Shown: positions 21,419 through 30,789 of the stretch, one piece after another
Layout of the letters: each line of letters begins with the position of its first letter
Numbering within the stretch: the first letter of the stretch is position 1
Source of the DNA: an uncultured Candidatus Rokubacteria bacterium
GTDB taxonomy: Bacteria; Methylomirabilota; Methylomirabilia; Rokubacteriales; CSP1-6
Reading direction: 5' to 3'
DNA: 64,000 nucleotides
NCBI GenBank assembly: GCA_963789955.1
Contig: CAWBMV010000037.1
Span: 468,984-532,983 of the forward strand
Notes under the pieces: model-generated
Databases searched by the model: none
Told to the model about the DNA's origin: nothing
The model's input: the letters and a program-made list of their open reading frames with translations, nothing else
Program-made: the position numbers and the translations under genes

Positions 21419-22126
21419 CTGCTCAAGGTCAAGGACGTCCACGTCGGATATGGTGCGACGCCGATCCTCTTCGGCGTGTCGCTCGAGGTACGCGCCGGCG
21501 AGGCGGTTGCGCTCCTGGGCCGCAACGGCATGGGCAAGACGACCTTGATGAAGACGGCGATCGGCTTTCTCGCTCCCTGGCGGGGCTCGATCGAGTTCGA
21601 GGGCGTCGATCTCCGGCGCCGCGCCCCGCACGAGATCGCCCGGCTCGGCGTCGGCTTCGTGCCCGAGAATCGCCGCATCTTTCCCGGGCTCACCGTCCGA
21701 GAGAATCTCGAGCTCGGCCTGTCGGCCGCCCCCGACCGTTCCGCCGCGCTCCGGCGCAAGCGCCTCGACGAAGTCTTCCACCACTTCCCGAGACTGCAGG
21801 AGCGGATCGAGCAGCCGGGCAAGACGCTCTCCGGCGGCGAGCAGCAGATGCTGGCGATCGCGCGCGTGATGATGGCCGGCGCGCGGCTGATCCTCATGGA
21901 CGAGCCCACGCAGGGGCTGGCGCCCGCCTTCATCCGGCACATCCGCGACATGATCTCGGAGCTCAAGCGTCTGGGCGTGACCGTGCTGCTGGTCGAGCAG
22001 AACGCGCGGGTCGCGCTCTCCGTGTGCGATCGTGGCTACATCATGGAGAAGGGCTCGATCGTGTTCGAGGCCTCGTCGCGCGAGCTTCGCGAGAGCCCGG
22101 TGACGCGTGAGAAGCTGGGCGTCTAA
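21419..22126 (+). CDS. LivF-type ABC ATPase (start approximate)
   Basis: GRNGMGKTT, LSGGEQQMLAIAR, DEPTQGL, VEQN. Confidence 0.9.
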   Translation: MLKVKDVHVGYGATPILFGVSLEVRAGEAVALLGRNGMGKTTLMKTAIGFLAPWRGSIEFEGVDLRRRAPHEIARLGVGFVPENRRIFPGLTVRENLELGLSAAPDRSAALRRKRLDEVFHHFPRLQERIEQPGKTLSGGEQQMLAIARVMMAGARLILMDEPTQGLAPAFIRHIRDMISELKRLGVTVLLVEQNARVALSVCDRGYIMEKGSIVFEASSRELRESPVTREKLGV

Positions 22127-22154
22127 CGCGATCTTCGGAGCGGGCCGGCGCGAC

Positions 22155-22738
22155 GTGCTGCTCCGCGCCGCGCTCGCGATCATTCTGCTGGGCGCGGTCT
22201 TCTGGCTCCTGCCGCTGCGCCGCGCCGGCGAGGACGGCGGCCATCACGGCCGCCCTGGATCCGTTCGAGAAGGCCGGCGTCGTCGAGCTCAAGGAGGGCC
22301 AGAAGGCGCCGGCGCTCGCGCTCGCCACGCTCGATGGCGGGCGCACGACCCTGGCGGATCATCGCGACAAGCTCGTCGTCGTCAACTTCTGGGCCACCTG
22401 GTGCCAGCCCTGCGCGCTCGAGATGCCCTCGCTGGAGGCGCTGTGGCGCCGCTACCGCGACCGCGGGCTGGTGGTGGTCGCGGTCTCCGTGGATCGCGGG
22501 TCGCCCCGCAATCTGCTCGAGCCATACGTGCGCAACTTGAAGCTGACGTTTCCGATTCTCCTGGACCCCGACGCCAAGCACGTCCGACGGCTGGCGCGTG
22601 ACGGCGCTCCCGGCCACCTTTCTGATCGCCCCGGGCGGCGACGCGACGGGGATGGCCGTCGGCGCGCGCGAATGGGACAGCGCCGAGATGAAGGCGCTCG
22701 TCGAGCGCCTGCTACCCGGCGCGCACAGGCACAACTGA
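22155..22738 (+). CDS. TlpA/ResA-family thiol-disulfide reductase, frameshifted (start approximate)
   Basis: VVNFWATWCQPCALEMPSL, FPILLDP, LPATFLI, GAREWDS. Confidence 0.85.
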
Positions 22739-22819
22739 TGGCGACGACCCTCTCTGGACGGCGGGCGCCGATCGTCGCAGAATCCCTCGGTGGGGCCCCA
22801 ACTTGACGGAGGAACGAAC

Positions 22820-23561
22820 ATGTTCACGAGCGATCGCCGCGGATTTCTCACAGGCACGGCCGCGAGCCTCGTGGTCGCCGGGCTCACCGGCGCCGCGCGG
22901 GTGGCCGCCGCGCAAACCGGGAGCACGAAGATGAAGCCCACAGCGCAAGATGTCCTTCTCGTGATCGACGTCCAGAACTGCTTCACGCCCGGCGGCTCGC
23001 TGGCAGTGAAGGAGGGCGACCAGATCATCCCGCTCATCAACCGGCTCGCCACCGGCTTCGAGCACGTGGTGCTCACGCAGGACTGGCACACGCCGGGACA
23101 CGTCTCCTTCGCGTCGTCCCATCCGGGCAAGAAGCCGTTCGAGACGACCCAGCTGCCGTACGGCACGCAGGTCCTGTGGCCGGATCACTGCGTGCAGGGC
23201 ACGCCGGGCGCCGACCTCCACAAGGATCTCCGGATCCCGCACGCCGAGCTGATCATCCGCAAGGGCTATCGCAAGCAAATGGATTCGTACTCCGCGTTCT
23301 ACGAGGCCGACGGCAAGACGCCGACGGGGCTCACGGGTTATCTGAAGGATCGCGGGCTCAACCAGGTCTTCCTGCGTCGGACTCGCGACCGACTTCTGCG
23401 TCGCCTGGTCCGCGATGGACGCGCGCAAGGCGGGCTTCGGCGCGCTGGTCATCGAGGACGCCTGCCGCGGCATCGACGCCGACGGCTCGCTCGCGAAGGC
23501 CTGGAAGGACATGCTCGGCGCCGGGGTCAAGCGCATCAAGTCGACGGACATCGCCGTCTAG
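22820..23561 (+). CDS. pncA: Nicotinamidase/pyrazinamidase with Tat signal peptide, frameshift near 23375
   Basis: SDRRGFL Tat motif; IDVQN, TQDWH, LWPDHCVQGT, RKG..DSYSAF, GLATDFCV. Confidence 0.88.
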
Positions 23562-23571
23562 GAGCAGCCGC

Positions 23572-24267
23572 CTACGAGATGGCGCGCGCGATCAGGAAGG
23601 CCGCGGCGGCCGCGACGCCGCCGATGAGAAGGGTCTGCAGTGCGGTCCGCACCGGCCAGACCCCGGTCAGGCGGCCGCGGATCCAGCCGAAGACGAGGAG
23701 CGCGGTGCCGGTGACCGCGATGGACCAGGGCAGCGCGGTGTGCGCGCTCGGGAGCAGCATGTAGGGGCAGAGCGGAATGAGCCCGCCGACGACGTAGGCG
23801 GCGGCGATCACTGTGCCGCTGGTCACCGCCCGACGCGGGTCGGGCTGCTCGAGCCCGAGCTCGAAGCGCAACATGAAGTCGCGCCAGGCCTCCGGGCGCC
23901 GGCGCAGCGCCGCGACGACGGGGGCGCTCTGCTCAGCGGTGACGCCGTAGCGCTCGAGCAGCTCCTCGACCTCGCGGGCTTCGAGCTCGGGCTTCTGTCT
24001 GATCTCGAGCTCCTCGCGCTGCCGCTCGCTCGCGTAGTGCTCGACGTCGCTCTTGCCGGCCAGATAGCCGCCGAGCCCCATCGCGATGGAGCCGGCGACG
24101 ATCTCGGCGAGGCCGGCCGTCACGACCACCGCCGTCGAGTCGACGGCGCCGGTGAGCCCGGCGGCCAGCGCGAACGGCACGGTGAGACCGTCGGACAATC
24201 CGATGACGGCGTCTCGCACCATGAGGCCGGCGGTGAAGTGCTGCTCAACGTGTGGCGTGTATGGCAT
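23572..24267 (-). CDS. VIT1/CCC1-family Fe/Mn transporter
   Basis: RDAVIGLSDGLTVPFALAAG, AGSIAMGLGGYLA, FMLRFELGL. Confidence 0.93.
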   Translation of the reverse strand: MPYTPHVEQHFTAGLMVRDAVIGLSDGLTVPFALAAGLTGAVDSTAVVVTAGLAEIVAGSIAMGLGGYLAGKSDVEHYASERQREELEIRQKPELEAREVEELLERYGVTAEQSAPVVAALRRRPEAWRDFMLRFELGLEQPDPRRAVTSGTVIAAAYVVGGLIPLCPYMLLPSAHTALPWSIAVTGTALLVFGWIRGRLTGVWPVRTALQTLLIGGVAAAAAFLIARAIS

Positions 24268-24333
24268 TGTCCCATCCCCCAGCTGGGCGCGCTCGGCAGG
24301 CCTGCGCGATCCCGGCCCTGCTAGAGTGATCGC

Positions 24334-24600
24334 ATGAAAACGTACCTGGTCGTCTTCGCGAGTGTGCTTCGTCGCCGAGCTGGGTGACAAGACCCAGATG
24401 GCCACCCTGCTGTATGCCACCGATCCGAGCGACCGGCAAGCTCGGGCGTGTTTCTCGCGGCGGCGTCCGCGCTCGTTCTCTCGACCGCACTGGCGGTCGT
24501 CATCGGCGCCCACGCCGGCGATTGGATCTCGCCGAAGGTACTCAGGACGGTCGCTGGGCTCGGCTTCATCGCGGTCGGCGCGTGGGTGCTACTGACCTGA
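24334..24600 (+). CDS. TMEM165/GDT1 (UPF0016) single-repeat Mn/Ca transporter, frameshifted
   Basis: FVAELGDKTQMA signature (E-x-G-D-K-T). Confidence 0.85.
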
Positions 24601-24630
24601 CGCCACGAGCGCGGCGCGCGCGAGGCTAGC

Positions 24631-25071
24631 TCACTTCCCGCGCACGGTCAGGACCGGACACGACGCAGCCGCCACGACTCGATCCGCGACGCTCCCGACG
24701 AAGAGCTTGGCCAGCCCGGCGCGGCCGTGGGTGCCCATCACGATCAGATCGACCCGCCGGGCCCGGGCGAATCGCACGATCTCTTCGGCCGGTGGCCCCT
24801 CGAGCACGAATCCCCTCGCCTTGACGCGCGCCTTCTTCGCCTGCGCCAGCAGCTTGCCGAGCTGCTTCTGCGCGAACTCGCGCGCGGATCCGGCGAGGTC
24901 GTCGTACATCTTCGCCGAGATGTAGGCGTCGCCGGGTATCGGCACGACCGGGCTGACGACGTTGATGAGCAGCAGCTCGGCGCGATTCGACTTCGCCATC
25001 TCGATGGCCTTTTTCAAGGCGGCGCGAGAGAACGAGGTGAAATCCGACGGGTGCAGAATACGGCGAGTCAT
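24631..25071 (-). CDS. Universal stress protein
   Basis: RILHPSDF, DLIVMGTHGRAG..GSVADRVV..ASCPVLTV. Confidence 0.93.
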   Translation of the reverse strand: MTRRILHPSDFTSFSRAALKKAIEMAKSNRAELLLINVVSPVVPIPGDAYISAKMYDDLAGSAREFAQKQLGKLLAQAKKARVKARGFVLEGPPAEEIVRFARARRVDLIVMGTHGRAGLAKLFVGSVADRVVAAASCPVLTVRGK

Positions 25072-25088
25072 CGATAGCCCCCCCTGGG

Positions 25089-26078
25089 TCAGTACAGGTG
25101 ACACGCGACGGCGTGCCCGGCCGTCATCGCCTTGAGCTCCGGCTCGACCCGCGAGCACTGCTCCATCGCGAACGGACAGCGCGGATGGAAGTGGCACCCC
25201 GAGGGTGGATCGATCGGCGACGGCACCTCCCCGCTCAGGATCATGTCGTCGCGCGGCGCGTCCGGATCGGCCGGCAACGCGGCCGAGAAGAGCGCCTTCG
25301 TATACGGATGGAGCGGGTTCCGGTAGAGCGACTCGGTGTCGGCGTGCTCGACGATCCGGCCGAGGTACATCACCGCGGTGCGGTGGGCGATGTAGCGCAC
25401 CGTCGCCAGATTGTGCGCAACGAGCAAGAAGCTCAGCTGCTGCCTCGCCTGCAAATCTTTCAACAGATTCATGATCTGGGCGCGGATCGACACATCCAGG
25501 GCCGACACCGGCTCGTCGAGGACGATCAGCTCGGGCGAGGCGGCCAGGGCGCTCGCGAGCGCGATCCGCTGTCGCTGGCCGCCGCTGAACTCGTGCGGAT
25601 AGCGCGCGGCCGCGCTCAGCGGCAGGCCGACCTGGTGCAGGACCTCCTCGACGCGCTCGAGCTTGCCGCGGCGGGTGACGCGGCGATTCACCACGAGCGC
25701 CTCGGCGATCGTCTCGCGGACGCGAAGCCGCGGATTCAGAGACGACCACGGGTCCTGGAAGACGGCCTGGACCCGCGTGTGATAGCGGCTCAGATCCCCG
25801 CCGCGAAGCGCGTGGACGTCGCGGCCGTCGAGAAGGACGCGGCCGGCGGTCGGTTGCTCGAGCCGGAGCAGCAGGCGCGAGGTCGTCGTCTTGCCGCAGC
25901 CGGACTCGCCGACCAGGCCGAGCGTCTCCTGGTGTCCGATCGTGAAGCTGATCCCGTCGACGGCCTTCACGTGCCCCGTGGTGCGCCCGGCGAGCAGCCC
26001 GCGGGTGACGGGGAAATGCTTCGTGAGGCCCTCGGCGCGGATCAGCGGCTCGGCGGCGATGGCTCGATCCTCCAGCAC
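25089..26078 (-). CDS. OppF/DppF-type peptide ABC ATPase
   Basis: GESGCGKTT, YPHEFSGGQRQR, HPYT, GCHFHPRC, VACH. Confidence 0.93.
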   Translation of the reverse strand: MLEDRAIAAEPLIRAEGLTKHFPVTRGLLAGRTTGHVKAVDGISFTIGHQETLGLVGESGCGKTTTSRLLLRLEQPTAGRVLLDGRDVHALRGGDLSRYHTRVQAVFQDPWSSLNPRLRVRETIAEALVVNRRVTRRGKLERVEEVLHQVGLPLSAAARYPHEFSGGQRQRIALASALAASPELIVLDEPVSALDVSIRAQIMNLLKDLQARQQLSFLLVAHNLATVRYIAHRTAVMYLGRIVEHADTESLYRNPLHPYTKALFSAALPADPDAPRDDMILSGEVPSPIDPPSGCHFHPRCPFAMEQCSRVEPELKAMTAGHAVACHLY

Positions 26079-27037
26079 GCGGCCTCGTGCGCCGGTCCGA
26101 CGGGCATGGTTGGAGGGTACTCGCGGCGGCAACGGTCGTCCACGTACGCGCAACGGTCCGCGAAGCGACAGCCGCCCGGGAGATCGTGAAGCGGTGGCGG
26201 CTGGCCCTCGATCGAGGGCAATCGCGCGACGGTGCCCTCCATGCGCGGCACCGACGCCATCAGCGCCTCCGTGTAGGGATGCCGTGGCGCGCGGAAGAGC
26301 GCGCGCGTCGGCCCCATCTCCACGATCCGCCCGGCGTACATCACCGCGACCCGGTCGCACATGCGCGCGACGATCCCGAAGTCGTGCGTGATGAAGAGCA
26401 TGGCGAGGCCGGTGCGAGCCTGGATCTCCTTCAGCAGCGCCAGGTACTGGAGCTGGATCGTGACGTCGAGGGCGGTCGTCGGCTCGTCGGCGATGAGCAC
26501 GCTCGGCTCGCCGGCCACGGCGATCGCGCCGACGACTCGCTGCTTCATGCCGCCGCTCATCTGATGCGGGTAGGCGCGCATGCGCTGCTCGGGCGCCGCG
26601 ACTTTCACCCGCCGCAGCGCCTCCTCGGCCCGGCTCGTGAGCGAGCCACCACCGTCGGTGCGATGGAGGCGGAGCGCCTCGAGGATCTGATCCCCGATGG
26701 TGAACACCGGATTGAGCGACGTTTGCGGGTCCTGCAGGATCATCGAGACGCGGCGCCCGCGAACGCGGCGCATCTCCGACTCGCTCTTCGTGACGAGATC
26801 CTCGCCGTCGAGGAGCACCTGGCCCTCGACGATGCGCCCGGCCGGCTCGGGCAGGAGACGAACGATCGAGAGGCCGGTCATCGTCTTGCCGCAGCCCGAC
26901 TCGCCGACCAGCCCGAGCGTCTCGCCGGCGCGCAGCGAGAAGCTGACGCCGTCCACCGCGCGCACGACGCCCCAGCGCGTGTGGAGATACGCGCGAAGGC
27001 CTCGCACCTCCAGCACGACGGGGGCCTCGGCATCCAA
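26042..27037 (-). CDS. OppD/DppD-type peptide ABC ATPase
   Basis: GESGCGKT, YPHQMSGGMKQR, ADEPTTALDVT. Confidence 0.93.
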   Translation of the reverse strand: MDAEAPVVLEVRGLRAYLHTRWGVVRAVDGVSFSLRAGETLGLVGESGCGKTMTGLSIVRLLPEPAGRIVEGQVLLDGEDLVTKSESEMRRVRGRRVSMILQDPQTSLNPVFTIGDQILEALRLHRTDGGGSLTSRAEEALRRVKVAAPEQRMRAYPHQMSGGMKQRVVGAIAVAGEPSVLIADEPTTALDVTIQLQYLALLKEIQARTGLAMLFITHDFGIVARMCDRVAVMYAGRIVEMGPTRALFRAPRHPYTEALMASVPRMEGTVARLPSIEGQPPPLHDLPGGCRFADRCAYVDDRCRREYPPTMPVGPAHEAACWRIEPSPPSR

Positions 27038-27051
27038 CGCGCCGTGGCTCC

Positions 27052-27924
27052 TCAGACTTGCCTGAGCCGTGGATCCAGCCAATCGCGCAGCCAGTCGCCG
27101 AACAGGTTGAAGGCGAGCACGACCAGCATGATCGCGGCGCCCGGCACGACCGAGAGCCACCAGGCGCTCGCGATGTGGCTGCGGCCGTCGGCCACCATCT
27201 GGCCCCACGACGGCGTCGGCGGCGGGATGCCGGCGCCCAGGAACGAGAGCGAGGCCTCCACGATGATGACGAAGCCGATGTGGAGGGTCAGCAGCACCAT
27301 GAACGTGTTGAGGACGTTCGGCACGATGTGGACGGCCATGATCCTGAGATGCGAGCAGCCGTGCACCCGGGCCAGCGCGACGAAATCGCGCGCCTTCACC
27401 GCCAGGACCTCACCGCGGACCACCCGGGCGAAGCGCGCCCAGATGAGCACGGTGATCGCGATGGCGATCGTCTGCAGGCCCTGGCCGAGACTCACCGCCA
27501 GCAGCAGCGCGATGAGGATCGTCGGAAACGTCAGGGTCGCGTCGACCACGCGCATGAGGAAGCTGTCGACGCGGCCGCCGAGGTAGCCGGAGACGATCCC
27601 GACGATCAGCCCGATGCCCCCACCCGCCAGGAGCGCCACCGCGGCGACGATCAGGCTCACGCGCGCACCGTAGATCAGCCGGCTCAGCAGGTCCCGGCCG
27701 AGCACGTCGGTCCCGAGCAGGTGCTTCGCGCTGCCGCCCTCTTGCCACGCGGGCGGCCGCAGCTTGTCGGGCAGCGACTGCTCGGTGGGCGAGTGCGGCG
27801 CGATGAGCGGCGCCAGCATGGCGACGAAGACCATTACCGCGATGATGACGAACGAGATCCAGGGCAGGCGCGCGAGGTCTCCGCGCCGTCGTGGGCCGGC
27901 TTCGTCGGGCGCGGTCGAGGCCAC
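27052..27924 (-). CDS. OppC/DppC-type permease
   Basis: HLLGTDVLGRD, EASLSFLGAG, GDWLRDWLDPR. Confidence 0.94.
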   Translation of the reverse strand: MASTAPDEAGPRRRGDLARLPWISFVIIAVMVFVAMLAPLIAPHSPTEQSLPDKLRPPAWQEGGSAKHLLGTDVLGRDLLSRLIYGARVSLIVAAVALLAGGGIGLIVGIVSGYLGGRVDSFLMRVVDATLTFPTILIALLLAVSLGQGLQTIAIAITVLIWARFARVVRGEVLAVKARDFVALARVHGCSHLRIMAVHIVPNVLNTFMVLLTLHIGFVIIVEASLSFLGAGIPPPTPSWGQMVADGRSHIASAWWLSVVPGAAIMLVVLAFNLFGDWLRDWLDPRLRQV

Positions 27925-27952
27925 GAACGGAATCGCTCCTCGACGCGTGCCA

Positions 27953-28872
27953 TCAGGCGTACCGCACTCGGGGGTCGAGATAGGCGTAGAGAATGTCCAC
28001 GCCGAGGTTGACGCCGAGCACGATGATCGCCTTGAGCAAGATCACCGCCTGCAGCAGCGGATAGTCGCGGAAGATCACCGCCTCGTAGGTCAACCGTCCG
28101 ACGCCGGGCCACGCGAAGACGGTCTCGGTCACGATCGCGCCCGTGATCAGGAGCGCGAAGTAGACGCCGAACAGCGTCGTGACGGGGATCAGCGCGTTGC
28201 GGAGGCAGTGCTTCCAGATGACCACCGTCTGCGAGAGGCCTTTGAGCCGCGCGAGCTTGACGAACTCGCTGCCCATCACCTCGAGCAGGCTCGAGCGAAC
28301 GAGCCGCATCATGCCGGCCACCAGGAACAACCCGAGCGTGATCGCCGGCAGCACGTAGTGGCTGGGCCCTCCCATGCGGGAGGACGGCAGCAGGCCGAGC
28401 TTGATGCTGAAGACGTAGATGAGCACGATGCCGAGCCAGAACGACGGCGTGGCGATCCCCACCACCGCGATCGCGCTCGAGATTCGATCGATCGATCGTC
28501 CCGCGATAGACCGCGGCCAGCACGCCGAGCGGAATCGCGATGACCAGCGCCCCGACCATTGCCAGCGGGAGGAGCTGCAAGCGTGTTGGGCAAGCGTTCG
28601 AAGAACACCTCGGCCGCCGGCTTGCGGTATCGGATCGACTCGCCGAGATCGCCGCGCAGCAGGCCCCCGAGGAACAGATAGAGCTGCTCGTGGACGGGCC
28701 GATCGAGGCCGAGCGCGTGCAGGAAGTGCGCGCGGTCTTCCTGGGTGGCGTCCTCACGCAGGAGGAGGTCGGCGGGATTTCCGCTCACGCGCGCCAGCGC
28801 GAAGATGATCAGCGCCAGCACGAACAGGAGCACCACGCTCTGCGCGAGCCGCCGGAGGACGAATCGCTGCAC
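27953..28872 (-). CDS. OppB/DppB-type permease, frameshifts near 28490-28590
   Basis: GLDRP, GDLGES, ARLKGL, ETVFAWPGVG, DILYAYLDPR. Confidence 0.9.
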
Positions 28873-28885
28873 GGTACCTTCCGCC

Positions 28886-30521
28886 TCAGGGCCAGGGTTT
28901 CGCTTCCGGGCGCGGCATGCGCTCGGTCACGTCGCCGAACTCGTGGCGCCCCGGGATCGGCTTGAAGTACCCGACGCTCTTGGGATTCACCGCCCAGGTG
29001 CCCATGCCCTCGACGATCGGGACGGCGATCCAGCTCTTGGCCACGAGCTCGATCATGCGGTTCGTCGCCGCCGTGCGCTTCGCGTCGTCCCTCTCGGCGA
29101 CGACCGCTTCGTAGGCACTTGTCCGCGTCGACGCACAGAGTCGGACAGCTCTGCGGATCGCCGAAGAGGTGCTGCACGCCCTTCGAGACGAACGTCGTGG
29201 CGTAGCGCGGGATCGGCTCGGGCCGCCCGGCGGTGCGGTACATCGACGCCGTCCCGACGAGCCCCTTCTGCTCGCCGCGCCCCATCGGATCGAACGCCCC
29301 CCACTCGACGGTTTTCATCTCGACCTTGACGCCGATCTTCTCCCAGAAGCCGGCGACGGCTTCGCCGATCGGGACCATGAACGGCGTACCGGGAAGCGCG
29401 GTGTTCCAGAACGTCATCTTGAAGCCGTTGGCCTGGCCGGCCTCGGCGAGGAGCTGCTTGGCTCGGGCCGGATCGTAGCGGAGCGCGGTCCGAGACCAGT
29501 CTTCCCACCGCGGCACGGTCATATCGCTCGAATACTTGAACGCCGCGAACGGCATCGGCCAGCGGGCTTCCTTGCCCATGACGTGGTCGATGATCTGCTG
29601 GCGGTCGATGGCAAGCGAGAGCGCCTCTCGCACGCGGACGTCGTTGAGCGGCGAGGCCTTGGTCTCCGGCCGGTAGAGGCCCCAGAACTGATAGACCGCC
29701 TGCATCGTGCCCGGCACGCTGACGATCTTCATCCCGCCGGCGCGCGCCTCCTTGACCGCCTCGGGACCGATGCTCGCGATCGCGGCTTCGCCGGTGCGCA
29801 CCATCGCCAGGCGCGTGCTCTGCTCGGGCACGAGCAGCAGGGTCAGCCGTTTGAACTGCGGCGTACCCCGCCAGTGCGGATAGGTCACCGCTTCGTACTC
29901 GATGCGGTCGCCGGGCACGCTCCGGACGAACTTCCACGGACCGCTGCCGACCGGCTTGTCACGAAATCCCTTGGCGCCGACGGTCTCGATGTACTTCTTG
30001 GGCATGACCGAGCCTTCCATGAAGACGGCCCGGGAAAGGCTCGCGGCGAACTGCGGGATCACGCCCTTCGTATAGACGCGGACCGTGAGGTCGTCGACGA
30101 CCTCGATCCGGTCGATCGCGCGGCGCAGCGCGGCAGCGCCCGACGAGATCGACTCCGGTGACATCACCCGCTCGAGGCTGAACTTGACGTCCTGCGCGGT
30201 CAGCGGATCACCGTTGTGGAAGCGCTGGCCCTTGCGCAGGTAGAAGGTCCAGCTCTGCGCGTCCGCCGCGAGCTGCCACCGCTCGGCGACCCCCGGGCCG
30301 ATCCCGCCGTTCTCGAGATCGAAGCCGACCAGCGAGTCCCAGATCGGCGCTTGATAGTGCGCGTGCGGCGCGCGCGTGTCCATGATCGGGTCCATGACCT
30401 GGGCGCCCAGGGTGTCCAGCGCGATGACGAGCGTGTCCTTGTCGGCGGCATCCGCCGTTGAACGCTCGCCCGCGACCAGAAGACCGCTCAGCGCCAGAGC
30501 CAGCAGGCTCACAATGCGCAT
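28886..30521 (-). CDS. Family 5 (OppA/DppA-type) substrate-binding protein, frameshift near 29115
   Basis: Signal peptide, LRKGQRFHNG.PLTAQDVKFS, PVGSGPWKF, VREALSLAIDR, YDPARAKQLLAEAG. Confidence 0.92.
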
Positions 30522-30529
30522 CTCTTTTT

Positions 30530-30659
30530 CTCCTTGAGCTACAGCGCGCCTCGGCCGGCGGGGCCCCGCCCGCGACGGCCTGTGGCGTGCACTCTCCTTG
30601 AACCACAGCGCACCTCAGCCGGCGGGGCCCCAGCCCCGCGACGGCTTGCGGCGCGCACC
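30530..30659 (-). repeat. Two tandem ~65-nt hairpin-forming repeats in the oppA-like leader
   Basis: 30530-30593 and 30594-30659 both begin CTCCTTGA on the plus strand and align throughout. Confidence 0.85.
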
Positions 30660-30699
30660 ACCGCGGGGATGAGCTCGACGGGTGCCGAGCCGGTCCCGC

Positions 30700-30729
30700 A
30701 TTCTTCACGGCGCCGCCGGCCGGTGTCAA
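30700..30729 (-). promoter_or_regulatory. Putative sigma70 promoter of the opp-like operon
   Basis: Minus strand TTGACA, 18-nt spacer, AAGAAT. Confidence 0.4.
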
Positions 30730-30789
30730 GCGGCTGTGCTTGATGTATGATCGGGCGGCCAGGGCATCCAGACTCCGTGCAGGAGAGGA

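Noticed and set aside
22390..22420. Selenocysteine in the TlpA redox motif
   Set aside because: Both codons are TGC (WCQPC); no in-frame TGA
30530..30659. Possible CRISPR array
   Set aside because: Only two adjacent units, no spacers and no cas genes
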